NCBI RefSeq assembly: GCF_009914755.1
Contig: NC_060926.1
Length of the DNA: 64,000 nucleotides
Strand: one strand, 5' to 3'
Origin: the human T2T-CHM13v2.0 reference genome, Homo sapiens
A model generated the notes under the pieces. It made no database searches, was not told the origin of the DNA, and saw only the letters and a list, made by a program, of their open reading frames with translations. This document shows positions 12,277-24,870 of the stretch, piece after piece. How positions within the stretch are numbered: the first letter of the stretch is position 1; each line of letters starts with the position of its first letter. The position numbers and the translations under genes are program-made.

Positions 12277-12368
12277 ACCATGTAAACCTGGCTCAGGAAA
12301 TATCCATAGCGTCTCCTTGACTATATCATAAAGTCCATGCTGTTTTCCAAGGCATTTCAGTTGGAGAC

Positions 12369-12732
12369 TGTATTAGTCCATTCTCATGCTGCTAACAAAG
12401 ACATACCTGAGACTGAGTAAATTATAAAGGAAAGAGGTTTAATTGACTCACGGTTTAGTATGGCTGGGGAGGCCTCAGAAAACTTACATTCATGGTGGAA
12501 GGGGAAGCAAACACATCCTTCTTCACATGGCAGCAGCAAGGAGAAATGCTGACCAAAAGGGGGAAAAGCCCCTTAAAAAACCATCAGATCTTGCAAGAAC
12601 TCACTGTCACAAGAACAGCGTGGGGGTAACCCCTGTGATTCAATTACCTCCCAGCACATCCCTCCCACATGGGGATTATGGGAACTACAATTCAAGATGA
12701 GATTTGGGTGGGGACACAGCCAAACCATATCA
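12369..12732 (-). mobile_element. THE1 (C/D-like) MaLR solo LTR
   Basis: tgtattagtccattctcatgctgct...ggacacagccaaaccatatca; TSD imperfect (gagac/ggaac). Confidence 0.95.
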
Positions 12733-13251
12733 GGAACCATCAGGTTTTTCAGTTTCAACTCCCTCTTCATCACCTGCACATGCCGTTTCTTGCATTACCA
12801 CCCACTCTTGGGCTCCAGTGTTTGTCATTTGCTCCTCTCAGCCTGGAGTGCCTTTGCCTCCTCCTTCACCTGTTGAACACCTGCTCATCCTTTGGACTAA
12901 CTTTCATGCCACCTCCTTCGATCCGCCCAACTCAGTCACATAGTGTTCCCTCTGCACCCTGCTGCTCACATTGCCATATAGTTCTTATTGTCTGTCATCA
13001 GTGCAGTGCCTCACTGAGGTAGTAACATCCAGCATTCCTTCTTTCATGTGGCGTCCTCTCCCTTCCCTGATGCCCCCACCACTCACCTGGCTGAAGAGAG
13101 GGGACTGCCCTGGTCTTTGACAACCCTACCTTTATGATCGCAATTGATGGACTTTCTCAAGCTAAGCCAGTCATAACTCCTCCCCTTCGGGTTCTAGCTC
13201 ATTGCTTCCAGACCAGCCATGTGTCCTTCAGGCCAATCAGACTCCTTCTCT

Positions 13252-14087
<836 letters not shown>

Positions 14088-14088
14088 G

Positions 14089-14283
14089 ATATATATATAT
14101 ATATATTTATTTATATATATATAAATATATATATAAATATATATATAAATATATATAAATATATATATAAATATATATATATAAATATAAATAAATAAAT
14201 ATATAAATATATATAAATATATAAATATATAAAAATATAAATATATATAAATATAAATATATATAAATATGTATACATAAATA

Positions 14284-14314
<31 letters not shown>

Positions 14315-14320
14315 AATAAA
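14089..14320. repeat. (TA)n/(TATAAA)n AT-rich microsatellite
   Basis: About 230 bp of almost pure A/T. Confidence 0.95.
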
Positions 14321-15954
14321 ACAGAAACTGAGAAATAGAATGAGATCGAAATGGTAGGATATATAGCCAGGAAGCTATTGGAGGCCTTTTTATGTGTGTA
14401 TGGGAAGGGAGCCATTGCTCAGTAAGAGAAGGAAGCTAACACCAAGAGAGTCATGGGGTTGGGTGAGAGAAAGAGTGGGAGAGTGTTCTGGAGCATTTGA
14501 AGGTTTCCTGAAGCCCAGCTGCATCCTGCTCTTGCCATGACATGGTTGGATTCTTTGAGTGGATGATATCCATCTCTTTTCCTAATCTGGTTCAAGTTGC
14601 ACTCAAGAGTGCTAACTAGTACTTAAACCTATTTGGTTCTACTTAGTAGTGTAGCTATCTGAGTACAAAAAAGACTCCTCCGTTATTTTTCTCCAAGTCT
14701 GTAGAGGACACAGCCACATTGAGTGCACCCCATTACGGCAGGGTCCAGGTCTCTTCTCACCCAAGCACATAGCCCAGACCAGGGCTGATCCACCTTTGCT
14801 AATTCAATGACTAAATGCTCACACACAGGAAGATTGGGCTGCTGCCTGACCATGGCTTTATTCCCATTTTAAGCTGTGTAAACCCATCAACAATCAGCAA
14901 ATTAATAGTCTGTGAACTGAGGTCACTCATGGTTTGTTTACTACAGCCACTATTTCCGTGGGCCAGGGAACCCTTTCCACAGGTGGTTTTTTGAGCCTGG
15001 GTTTAATTTATTCCTTTTCCCTTACCCCCCTAACTTGGGATAATTATTGCTTTTGTTTACAGTTGAGTTAAGTAAACTGACCACCATCTTCCCCAGCAGA
15101 AACCTCCATGCCTGCACAGTCCATTAACGCTGCCGCCGTGTGGCTGGAGATCAGCCAGGTTGTAGGACACCAAACATCTGGACACTGGAGAGGCTTCAAG
15201 GGCTTCTGCCAGAAGGAAGTGTCAGGGCTTGGGGAAAGGGACGCTACAGGAGACTTTCACCGCCAGTGACCCGAGACTGCCCGGCACTCAAACCAAAGCG
15301 TCTGTGAAGTACAGTGGTGAGGTCAGCCTGGGTGGATGTTCTGAAGCACGGGCCAGGCCTGGGAGAGGAGCGAGATGTTCCTCTGGGAGGAAACCATGGA
15401 GCAGGTCCATAGAACAGGATGGCAAAATGGTCGTGGCTGAACAGAGGGGGCTTTGATGGAGGAGAGGAAGGCACCATTCTCTGCTCACTGGGAGCATTGG
15501 GAGCCACTAGGATGGGGAAGTCCCTGAGGGGCCCTTTCTAGTGAAGGCAAGAAGGTGGAGCTACCTCACTGAAATTGGAGCTGCAGGGACTGAGTCCAGC
15601 ATTCTCCAAGGACCCATTCCATCCAGGGACCCACAAATACTTAGTTGTTCTTGGTGTACAAAGACCAGCCACAGGCTCATCAGCGGGGTGTACTCAGCTG
15701 GGAGGAACAGCCATACTCTTTCATTCTGGCTCCCATGTGGCTCCCAGCACATGGGGAACTGTCTGGGCGGGGGCTACCAACCAGAGCTTGGCTGCCCCCC
15801 AGCCCTTGCCCTAATCCCTGACATCACCACCCCAGACATCTGGCTGTCAGGTCTAATTGAGCTCATGCGTGGAGGGAGCTGGCAGGACAGGAAGCCTCAC
15901 TCCATGCACTTCCGTGCCCACCCAGCCAGTATCACTGAGAGACACTGCATCCCT

Positions 15955-16240
15955 CCTTGGACAAATCACTTAACCATACTGAGTCTTGACATCATCATAC
16001 ATTAAACAGAGATAATAATAGCACCTACTGGAAGGGTTGTCATAAGGATGAACAAAGATTGTGTGCTGGATGTATCTTGCATGCAGGAACTGGCATACAG
16101 TAAACACTGAGCTAATGACAGCTACTGCTAGTATTATGTGACAGAATGCTCCTCTTACTCCATGACACTAACATGCTGCATGACCTTGGGTTAGCCATGC
16201 TCTCTGAGCCTCAGTTTCCTCATCTGTAAAATGAGAGCAT
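15955..16240 (+). mobile_element. Two MIR fragments
   Basis: ttggacaaatcacttaacc...ataataatagcacctac; tgaccttggg...ctctgagcctcagtttcctcatctgtaaaatg. Confidence 0.75.
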
Positions 16241-16449
16241 TTCTATCAAGTTTTTTTTTCTAAACCAACGTTTCATTATCTGTAAGTGAGGATAATATTA
16301 TTTTCTCAATTATCTTATGGGCAGAGGGAAAGGAAGAGGCTCCATTGATGTATGGTCAATGTGATAAAGTTTTAAATAGTATAAAAAACTGTTTTAATTC
16401 AATGGATAATGATGCTGAGCAATAATTATAGGTGCTAATTAATGCTCGT

Positions 16450-16797
16450 GGTCAGGGTGTCAATTAACAATGGGGATACGTTCTCAGAAATGCATTGTTA
16501 GGCCATTTCATTGTTGTGTGAACATCATAGGGTGTACTTCCCTAAACCTAAATGATAGAGCCTACTACCCACCTGGGCTGTATGACATAGTCCATTGCTT
16601 CTGGGCTACAAACCTGTACAGCATGTTGCTGTACATGGATACTGTAGGCAGTGGTAGTGCAATGGGAAATATTTGTGTATCTAAACAGAAAAGATGCAGT
16701 AAAAACATGGTATTATCATCTTATGGGACCATGTGGCATATGTGGTCCTTGTTAACGGAAATGTCACACTCCTCTTATGTTACGTCGTGCATGACTG
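16450..16797 (+). mobile_element. Tigger3a (MER7A-like) non-autonomous TcMar DNA transposon
   Basis: ttaacaatggggatacgttctcagaaatgcattgttaggc...ctacaaacctgtacagcatg...gcatgactg followed by TA. Confidence 0.85.
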
Positions 16798-17486
16798 TAG
16801 TTTTCTAACATGCTTCCATTCACTTGTTAAGGGTTGGAGGGGAGAATTTCCAGTGTATATGGCAAGGAGGAAGCTGGGCAGAGTGGTCCTGGGCAGAATG
16901 TAAATTATACAGGGATATGGCTGAACTGAAAACATTCAACCCACTTTGGGAGGTCTCCAAATCATTAGGTGTGTGGTTTGGACAAGCTCCCTGAGTAGTT
17001 CTGATGCTCTTGACTCGCGTCCCCTCCTTCTTCTTGGTTATTTCTTACTTTAGCTCAAGGCCTTTAGGCTTGTTATAAAGTCAACGCCCCAGAGATTCCA
17101 TTAACAGCTGTTCTCAGATTCTCACACCTGTGTATGAAAGAGATTTCTGTAAGGGAAGAGTCTGGACTAAGGAAGGGTAGACTTGGAGTTGGATCAAAAG
17201 GGGACAGCTTCACAGAAGGGAGGACTGCAGGCAAATGCCAGTGGTCCTGGTGTGTCTTCTTTTTGTATTGGCTGGGATGGTTTCAGATTCCATGTTCTCA
17301 AGAACCAGTACAGGGTCTACATTAGGGTATCTCAGCCTCTTTAATCCTGTACATCTCTTTCTGCCATCCACTGATTTACCCTTTTCTTGAAAGGAATTAT
17401 TGCTAGCTTTTGCACCTCTCAAGAGGAGAGTGGTAAGCTTTACGTTCTATACCTTGTATTGTCAGAACAATACACGCGTCATTTTC

Positions 17487-19759
17487 TTTTTTTTTTTCTT
17501 TCCAACTTTTATTTTAAGTTCAGGGACACATGTGCAGGATGTGCAGGTTTGTTACATAGGTAAACGTGTGCCATGGTTGTTTGCTGCACAGATCATTCCA
17601 TCACCTAGGTATTAAGCCCAGCATCCATTAGCTATTCTTTCCGATGCTCTTCCTCTTCCCACTCCACCCCCACCCTCTGACAGGCCCCAGAGTGTTGTTC
17701 CCCTTGAAGTGTTCATGTGTTCTCATCACTCAGCTCCCACTTATAAGTAAGAACATCCAGTATTTGGTTTTCTGTTCCTATATTAGTTTGCTGAAGATAA
17801 TGGCTTCCAGCTCCATCCATGTCCTTGCAAAGGACATGATCTTGTTCCTTTTTATGGCTGCATAATATTCCATGATACATATGTACCACATTTTCTCTAT
17901 CCAATCTGCATTGATGGGCATTTAGGTTGATTCCATGTCTTTTCTATTTTGAGTAGTGCTGCAATGAACATAAGGGTGCATGTATCTTTATAATAGGATA
18001 ATTTATATTCCTTTGAGTATATACCTGGTAATGGGATTCCTGGGTCAAATGGTATTTCTGCCTCTAGGTCTTTGAGGAATCGCCACACTGTCTTCCACAA
18101 TGGTTGACCTAATTTACACTCCCAACAGTGTAAAAGCATTCTTTTTTTCTGTACAACCTTGCTAGCATCTGTTGGTTTTTGACTTTTTGATAATAGCCAT
18201 TCTGACTAGTGTGAGATGGTATCTCATTGTGGTATTTAACTGCATTTCTCTAACGATCAGTGATGTTGAGCTTTTTTTCATATGTTCGTTGACCATATGA
18301 ATGTCTTCTTTTGAGAAGTATTTGTTCATATCCTTTGCCCACTTTTTAATGGTTTTTTTTTTGTAAATTGTTTGATGTTAGACCTTTGTCAGATGGATAG
18401 ATTGCAAAATTTTTATCCCATTCTGTAGGTTGTCTGTTCACTCTGATGATAGTTTCTTTTGCTATGAAGAAGCTCTTTAGTTAAATTCGATCCTATTTGT
18501 CAATTTTTGCTTTGTTGCAATTGCTTTTGGCATTTTCATCATGAAATCTTTCCTGTGCCTATGTCCTGAATGGTATTGCTTGGATTTTCTTCTAGGGTTT
18601 TGATTCATCACATAAACAGAACTAAAGACAAAAACCACATGATTATTTCAATAGATGCAAAAAAGGCCTTTGGTAAAATTCAACATCCCTTCATATTAAA
18701 AACTCCCAATAAACTAGGTATTGAAGGAACAGACCTCAAAATAATAAAAGCCATATATGACAAACCCACAGCCAATATCATACTGAATGGGCAAAAGCTG
18801 GAAGCATTCCCCTTGAAAATAGGCATAAGGCAAGGATGCCATCTGTCACCACTCCTATTCAACATAGTATTGGAAGTTCTGGCCAGGGCAACCAGGTGAG
18901 AAAGAAATAAATGGTATTCACACAGGAAGAAAGGAAATCAAACTATCTTTGTTTGTAGATTACATGATCCTATATTTAGAAAATCCCATTGTCTCAGCCC
19001 AAAAGTTTCTTAAGCTGATAAACAACTTCAGCAAAGTCTCAGGATACAAAATCAATGTGCAGAAATCACTGGCATTCCTATACACCAACAACATGCAAGC
19101 CGAGAGCCAAATCATGAATGAACTCCCATTCATAATTGCCACACACACACCTAAGCACACAGCTAACAAGGGAAATGAAGGACCTTTTCAAAGAGAACTA
19201 CAAAGCACTGCTCAAGGAAATCAGAGATGACACAAACAAATGGAAAAACATTTCATGCTCATGGATAGGAAGAATCAATATAGTGAAAATGGCCATACTG
19301 CCTAAAGCAATTTATAGATTCAATGATATTCACATTAAATGACCATTGACATTCTTCACGGAATTAGAAAAAAAGTATTTAAAAATTCATATGGAAGCAA
19401 AAAAGAGCCTGAGTAGCCAAGACAATCCTAAGCAGAAAGAACAAAGATGGAGGCATCATACTACCTGACTTCAAACTATACGACAAAGGTACGGTAACCA
19501 AAACAGCATGCTATTGGTACAAAAACAGACATATAGACCAATGGAACAGAATAGAGATCTCAGAAATAAGACTTCACACCTACAACCATCTGATCTTCGA
19601 CAAACCTGACAAAAACAAGTAATGGGGAGAGGATTCCCTATTTAATAAATGGTGCTGAAAACACTCGCTAGCCATATGCAGAAAATTGAACCTGTACCTC
19701 TTCCTTACACCATATACAAAAATCAACTCAATATGGATTAAAGACTGAAATGTAAAATC
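17487..19759 (-). mobile_element. Older L1PA element (L1PA10-13-like), 5'-truncated with twin-priming inversion
   Basis: Poly-T and L1 3'UTR/ORF2 end on minus (17487-18600), then ORF2 on plus (18601-19759); TSD CATTTTC at 17480-17486 and 19760-19766; EN-like site ttttc/aa. Confidence 0.92.
18601..19759 (+). pseudogene. Decayed L1 ORF2p reverse-transcriptase fragment (inverted part of the L1)
   Basis: Translations [58 protein letters not shown] and [21 protein letters not shown], broken by stops and frameshifts. Confidence 0.92.
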
Positions 19760-19794
19760 CATTTTCAAACATAGCGCATCATGATGCTAGTTAA

Positions 19795-20225
19795 GTATCT
19801 TAGGTGGGATCCCTAGAAATAGTCACTGAGACAAGGATTTAAATGCAAGCAGGAAAGTAACCCCCAAAGCACCGGGGGGAGGGAAGAAGAGAGACAAAGA
19901 AGAGAAGAAGCCGATAAAAGGAGTATTATCAAGTAGCTATCAATGTGGGCAACTGGGGCTCCATCTATGGGAAACTATGGAAGACAGAGTTTTCCAAGCC
20001 AGGAGGAAGGAAGCTGGGATATTTATCTTCCATCTTCCCATCTTTCTTTTTCTGAGGGCTACCTCTGGGAGCATTAATTCTCCAGTGTTCTGGCTTGTCC
20101 CATGCACAAGCAGAGTCACAGGTTTGTATAGCAGGCAGTCTTTGGTCTGTGGAGGAAGTATTGAGGGGCTTTGGACAGGGGACCAAGAGAGCTTGCTGCA
20201 ATATGATTTTACAAATAAGGTACAT
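19795..20225 (-). mobile_element. ERVL LTR (LTR16-like)
   Basis: tcttaggtgggatccctagaaatagtcactgagacaaggatttaaatgcaag...gccgataaaaggagtattatcaag. Confidence 0.55.
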
Positions 20226-20370
20226 CCTCCACCCTTGCCCTAAACCTCACCAAGAGTCTGATGTGCAATCCAGAGTTAGGAATCACTGTGCTGGTGTGCT
20301 ATGACAAGGTTTTTGGATAATGCTGGAGATGGTCATTATGAGATGAATAAAAAAAATTAATGAAGTGCCC

Positions 20371-20885
20371 TGTGGGAGACAGTTTTCCATGGGTCTGTCA
20401 TGTTTCTGCACATCTTGCCAGGAAAAGCACAGGCTCCTTTTATTCCTGACTACCTTTTCAAGGTTGTTTGCTTAGTTAATAGTTTGAGAAGATAAAGGTA
20501 TCTCCCTCTGGAGCAAAGGACACCTTTGTTTACTATCCAATATAATAAAGACAAGGCCTTCCTCTGGATCAAAATTTAGGCATTATTATGCCTATTATAA
20601 AAGATTCAGGATGCCTAAGCTAGAGATCCCTTCTCTCCTGTAATGCAACCCACTGTGTGTGCAGGCATCACCTGGCCTTCTTTACATTACCCTGTAGGAA
20701 TTAGGATTCACGGGACTGGTGCCAATGTTGATTCTCTGGTTACTGCTTATTTTTGTGAGTAATGAACTATCCTTTGTCTCTGACCCAGGAGTCTTGTGTC
20801 TTCTGCCAGCATCCATGAAACAGTGGCAGCTAGCTTGCTGGCTTGCAAGAAGGACAGAATCTGAGCTCCTTCACAGTTCTTGACA
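20371..20885 (+). mobile_element. ERVL-type solo LTR (MER21/MER68/MER77 group)
   Basis: TG...CA ends; tgtgggagacagttttccatggg...tgagtaatgaactatcctttgtctctgacccaggagtc...cacagttcttgaca. Confidence 0.75.
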
Positions 20886-22419
20886 CCTCTTCCCTAATCC
20901 CCCACCCCAAAGTCCGTGGTCATCATGTAGTTGATGAAAAGAGACATGAGATTTCCTGCTCGGGAGCTCATAATCTACTTGAGGAAATAAGACAAATGAG
21001 TAGGAAATAAGAAATTATCTACAACACTGCCTGATGAATAACAGCATAGTCCTTGAGTAGAGGCTCTGAGAGTGGATGGGAGGGAGGGAAGGGTATTTTA
21101 GGTGTGAAGAAGATCTGGAGCAAAGCAGGGAGTAAACACAGGGTGTCCAGGACAGTCCTGGGCTAGGTGAGGGTTGGCCCTAACACAGAGAGTCAGGAGT
21201 GCCCAGTTGGGGAATGCAGACTGGGCTCTGTGGGTCATGGGGAGTTCTAGAAGCCCCTATATCGTGTTGCCTTTTTTTCTCATGTTCCACCCTTTTTCTT
21301 CTCTAGGACTCACTGACCTGACCCCTCCATCTCCCCAACTCACTGTGCCCCAAGGTATCTTGGAAAAATCCCCAAAGAAGATATGGCAGTTTTGTTTGTG
21401 TGGCCTGTGAGCTGGGATGGGAGCTGAGTCCAGAGTCCATAAGAGCCCCCACCCACTCTCCTGGGCAGCAACGAAAGACCACCAGGAATGTCCAACAGGG
21501 AATAGATTTATGGCCAAGCTAGGAGGAGCATCCCTGTGAAGACACCTACGGAGTCGTTTCGACAGGAGAATTTACAAGCGCCCTCCTTCGCTTGCTACTG
21601 AGTGGAAAAATACACTGAGCCCAGAGCAGTGAACTCCTTGCCAAGGCCTGTGACTCATCTCCAAGTCATAAATAACGGGTCCCTCATGACAAAGCAGAGA
21701 AGGGAGCCGGGCCCAGGGCCACGTATTTATTAGAAAAGAGAGTGGAACCATTAGTCGGGGGCTTGGTTTCCAGGAAACTCAAACCACACCACAGTAGAGA
21801 AGGTCAGGAGGCCCTTCCACAGGAATTCAGACCTGACATTTTTTTCATATTCTCAAACTTTCATGTGGGGAGGAGACCCCTGCTACATCCACCAGAGGCA
21901 TCCCCTGGCCACCCAGTTCCATGGGCCAGGAGGAGTCTTGCTGTTTCCCAGGCCCTGGGGGCCACTCCACCATCCCCTGCCCCTGATACTTTTGATGGCG
22001 ACCAGGGGAGGCAGAACCGCCTGTCTCGGTGGCCCCACTGACATCAGGAAACGTTTAGTGCCTGAGAAGTGTGACCTCTGACGAGTTACGACTCCTCCTG
22101 AGGCCTCCATTTCACAAACCTTCCAGGACCGCTGTCAGAATGAGGTGGGGGAGTAGACTCAGGACCGTGCAAGCCCATGGGATGAGCTCACAGCCATGAG
22201 CGGCATGGTCTAAGGGAAGAAGGAAAGAGAAGAGAAGAGAAAAGTTGGCTCTGCTGGTCTCTCCCTCTGGGTTGTTCCCCTTGTCTCTGTGCTCTTCTCT
22301 GTCTCTGATTATAAAGGACTCAGAATCTAAAGGATAATAGATGCAGATGGATGGAACAATAAATCGTGTGGACTGTTGATAAAACCTTTGTGCTTGAAGA
22401 AAATACAACTGTGTGTGGT

Positions 22420-23065
22420 TCTGAGAAGGCTGAACTCATCATCTCCCCCTAAACCCACTCGTGTGTGGTCAACACCACCTCCCTAGTTGTTCAGGCCAGA
22501 AAAATGTGTGTCTAGGTTGATACCCCACATCACCCCTACTTCCTGCAGCAATGACCTTTGCTCTCCCCAACTTCTCTTCCTTGGTCCCCACCCCTCCCAC
22601 CCCTGCCACCCCTCCCACCCCTGCCACCCCTGCCCTGGCTCAGGACACTGACATCCTTCACCCGATAGCATAGGTCTGAGCACATTGCACTCCCAACCCT
22701 TTGGTGGCCTCCCCTGATCTTCTGGCTCAAGTCCACTCTCTTCAGACCCCAAATGCAGGCCTGGTGGTGCTATTCCTTCTCTCTTGTTCACGGCTCAAGG
22801 CCAGGGGCTGGCGCCTCCTTCTGCATGCTCCTTCCTCAGAGTCCCTGCCCATGCAGACACTTCCCTTAGCCTCCCGAAGCCTTGGTGGCCCCTAACTGCT
22901 CGTACTCATCTGTGTCCCCACCCTGGCCATGCACTCCTTCAGGCAGGGGCCATCTTACTCATCTAATCCTTCCTGGCTGCACAGAACCTGGCCTGCAAAT
23001 GACAGCTGGGGAGAGCTCAAGGAGTGAATGATATGAATGGCTGAAGAGATGAATGAAGTGATGAA
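22420..23065 (+). mobile_element. L2 fragments
   Basis: ctgaactcatcatctccccc...; ends in the gaatgaatga-type L2 tail. Confidence 0.45.
22586..22635. repeat. 9-bp C-rich tandem repeat (ccacccctc/ccacccctg) x~5
   Basis: cccca cccctccca cccctgcca cccctccca cccctgcca cccctgccc. Confidence 0.85.
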
Positions 23066-24539
23066 TCAATCCTGCCTGCATGACAGCTCTTGGCACAGAC
23101 AGGAATGTGTGCTGCATCTGCTTCCCTGCTCTGAACTGTGCCCTATTTTCATTGCCTTCTTCTGGCCCTAACTAATGACTGGCCTTACACACAGAGGACT
23201 AATGGAAGCTCTGTGCGTGGGTCAGCTGTTTGATCTTTGCTACCTCAGCTGTTAGGGAAACTTCACTCTTCTACCCTGATCTATGCTGGGCATTTCAGAC
23301 ACTGCAGGAAGGTCAGGAACATTTATTGTGTTTCCAGGGTCCTGGTTCTGAGATATCGAGGCTGGAAATGCATCCCCCCAGGTGTGTTTCCATGTGCACT
23401 GCAATCACAGAGCATGAGCATTGAAGCAGAATGAAATCGCGACACTCAGACCTGAGAAGCGTCACAGGAGTGCTTTGGACCAACATCTTCACTGTACTGA
23501 TGAGGTCCTTGGAGGCAAGGGCTCGACCTGCAGTCCCCCGTGTTGGTGAGAGGCAGCCCTAGAATCCCAGGTTCCTGACTCCCAGTCCATGCTCACTAGT
23601 GAGCCTTTCATGCTCGGCAGTTCCCTCAGCTGTCTCCTCTTGCCACTGCCCCTCCTCCTGATGTTCAGGAGCCCTGGGCTGCTCAAGCTCCCTCTCATTC
23701 AGCCAGTGTTGCCTACAAACTCTCTCTCCAGGTATTGCCAGCCTCACTGTTTTCCAGTTCTGTTTATTGTTTATTTTTGCAGATAGTTATCTGCCTCCCA
23801 TCTAGTATGTGGGGCATAGAATCTATTGCAGGGACAAAGAGACCTCAGCCTTGGTGATAACAGGTTTGGGTCTCAGAATCCCAGGGCTTAGAATCACCTT
23901 CTTGGGACTTATTCAAGTCAGCAGGTCATCCAGGTGCATCGCTGATCCTGTTTCAACTTCTCGCAGGCTCAGAAAGGGCTGAGAAGGACCCAGAGTGGAA
24001 TTACTACAGGCTCATCCATCTCAGTGGGGCTAAGGGTGCTCACTGATCAGGGAGGGAGAGCACACCCGGCTAAAGGCCATAAACAGAAGAGAGACAAGTT
24101 TGGATAAATATGAGGCAAACTCTGTGCTTGACTCTTGAGTCTTCACCACTTAAGTTTTCAGCATCAAGAGGATCCACTTTGGGAGGACTTCCTGGAGGAG
24201 ATAAACTCTGGGAAAGTTCACTGGGAACCTGGGAGAAGGTGGACTGGGAGAAGAGGAGGGACAGAAGCTGGAAGAATGTCCCCCTAGTCCTGGGACCTCG
24301 ATTAATGCTGGGGCTGAAGTGTCACCATATTTAGCTCAGGGAGTGGAAGGCCTCATCCTCTGTAGGGTGGGAGAGACCGGGAGGCTTAGATTCAACCTAG
24401 AGGGGTTATTCAGGCTGATGTCTTGGGCTGTAGCCCTTGGCATGGAATCTTCAGCCTTAGGTTCCAGAGGGACATTACCTCCCCACCATGACCCTCCTGA
24501 GCCAGGTCTCAGCCTAAGCTGCTGCCACTGCCCATTGCT

Positions 24540-24870
24540 TGAATGGGCTTGAATGTTTATTCCCCTCAAAACTCATGTTGGAATTCAGTTGCCATTGTAA
24601 CAGTATTAAGAGGTGGGGCCTAATGGGAGTTGTTTAGGTCATGAGGGCATCACTCTTACCAATGGAGTCATGCTGCTATATGAAGTGCATGTGGGTTCAC
24701 TTCTTCTGCCTTGTGCCATGTAAGGACACAGCAAGAAGGTCTTACCAAGATGCTGACACCTTGATCTCAGACTGTGCAGCCTTCAGAACTGTGAGAAATA
24801 CATTTCTGTTCTTTATAAATGTTCCAGTCTCAGGTATTCTGTTTTAGCAGCACAAATGAGCTAAAATACC
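24540..24870 (+). mobile_element. MST-type MaLR solo LTR
   Basis: cccctcaaaactcatgttg...cagtattaagaggtggggcctaatgggag...cagaactgtgagaaatacatttctgttctttataaat...gcagcacaaatgagctaa. Confidence 0.85.

Noticed and set aside
8487-12732. Two same-orientation THE1 LTRs as one provirus
   Set aside because: The first LTR has its own GGTCT TSD on both sides, and the interval holds older MIR/L2/MLT1 and unique DNA rather than THE1 internal sequence.
18570-19342. Reverse-transcriptase-like ORFs as a functional gene
   Set aside because: Frameshifted, truncated L1 ORF2 remnants.
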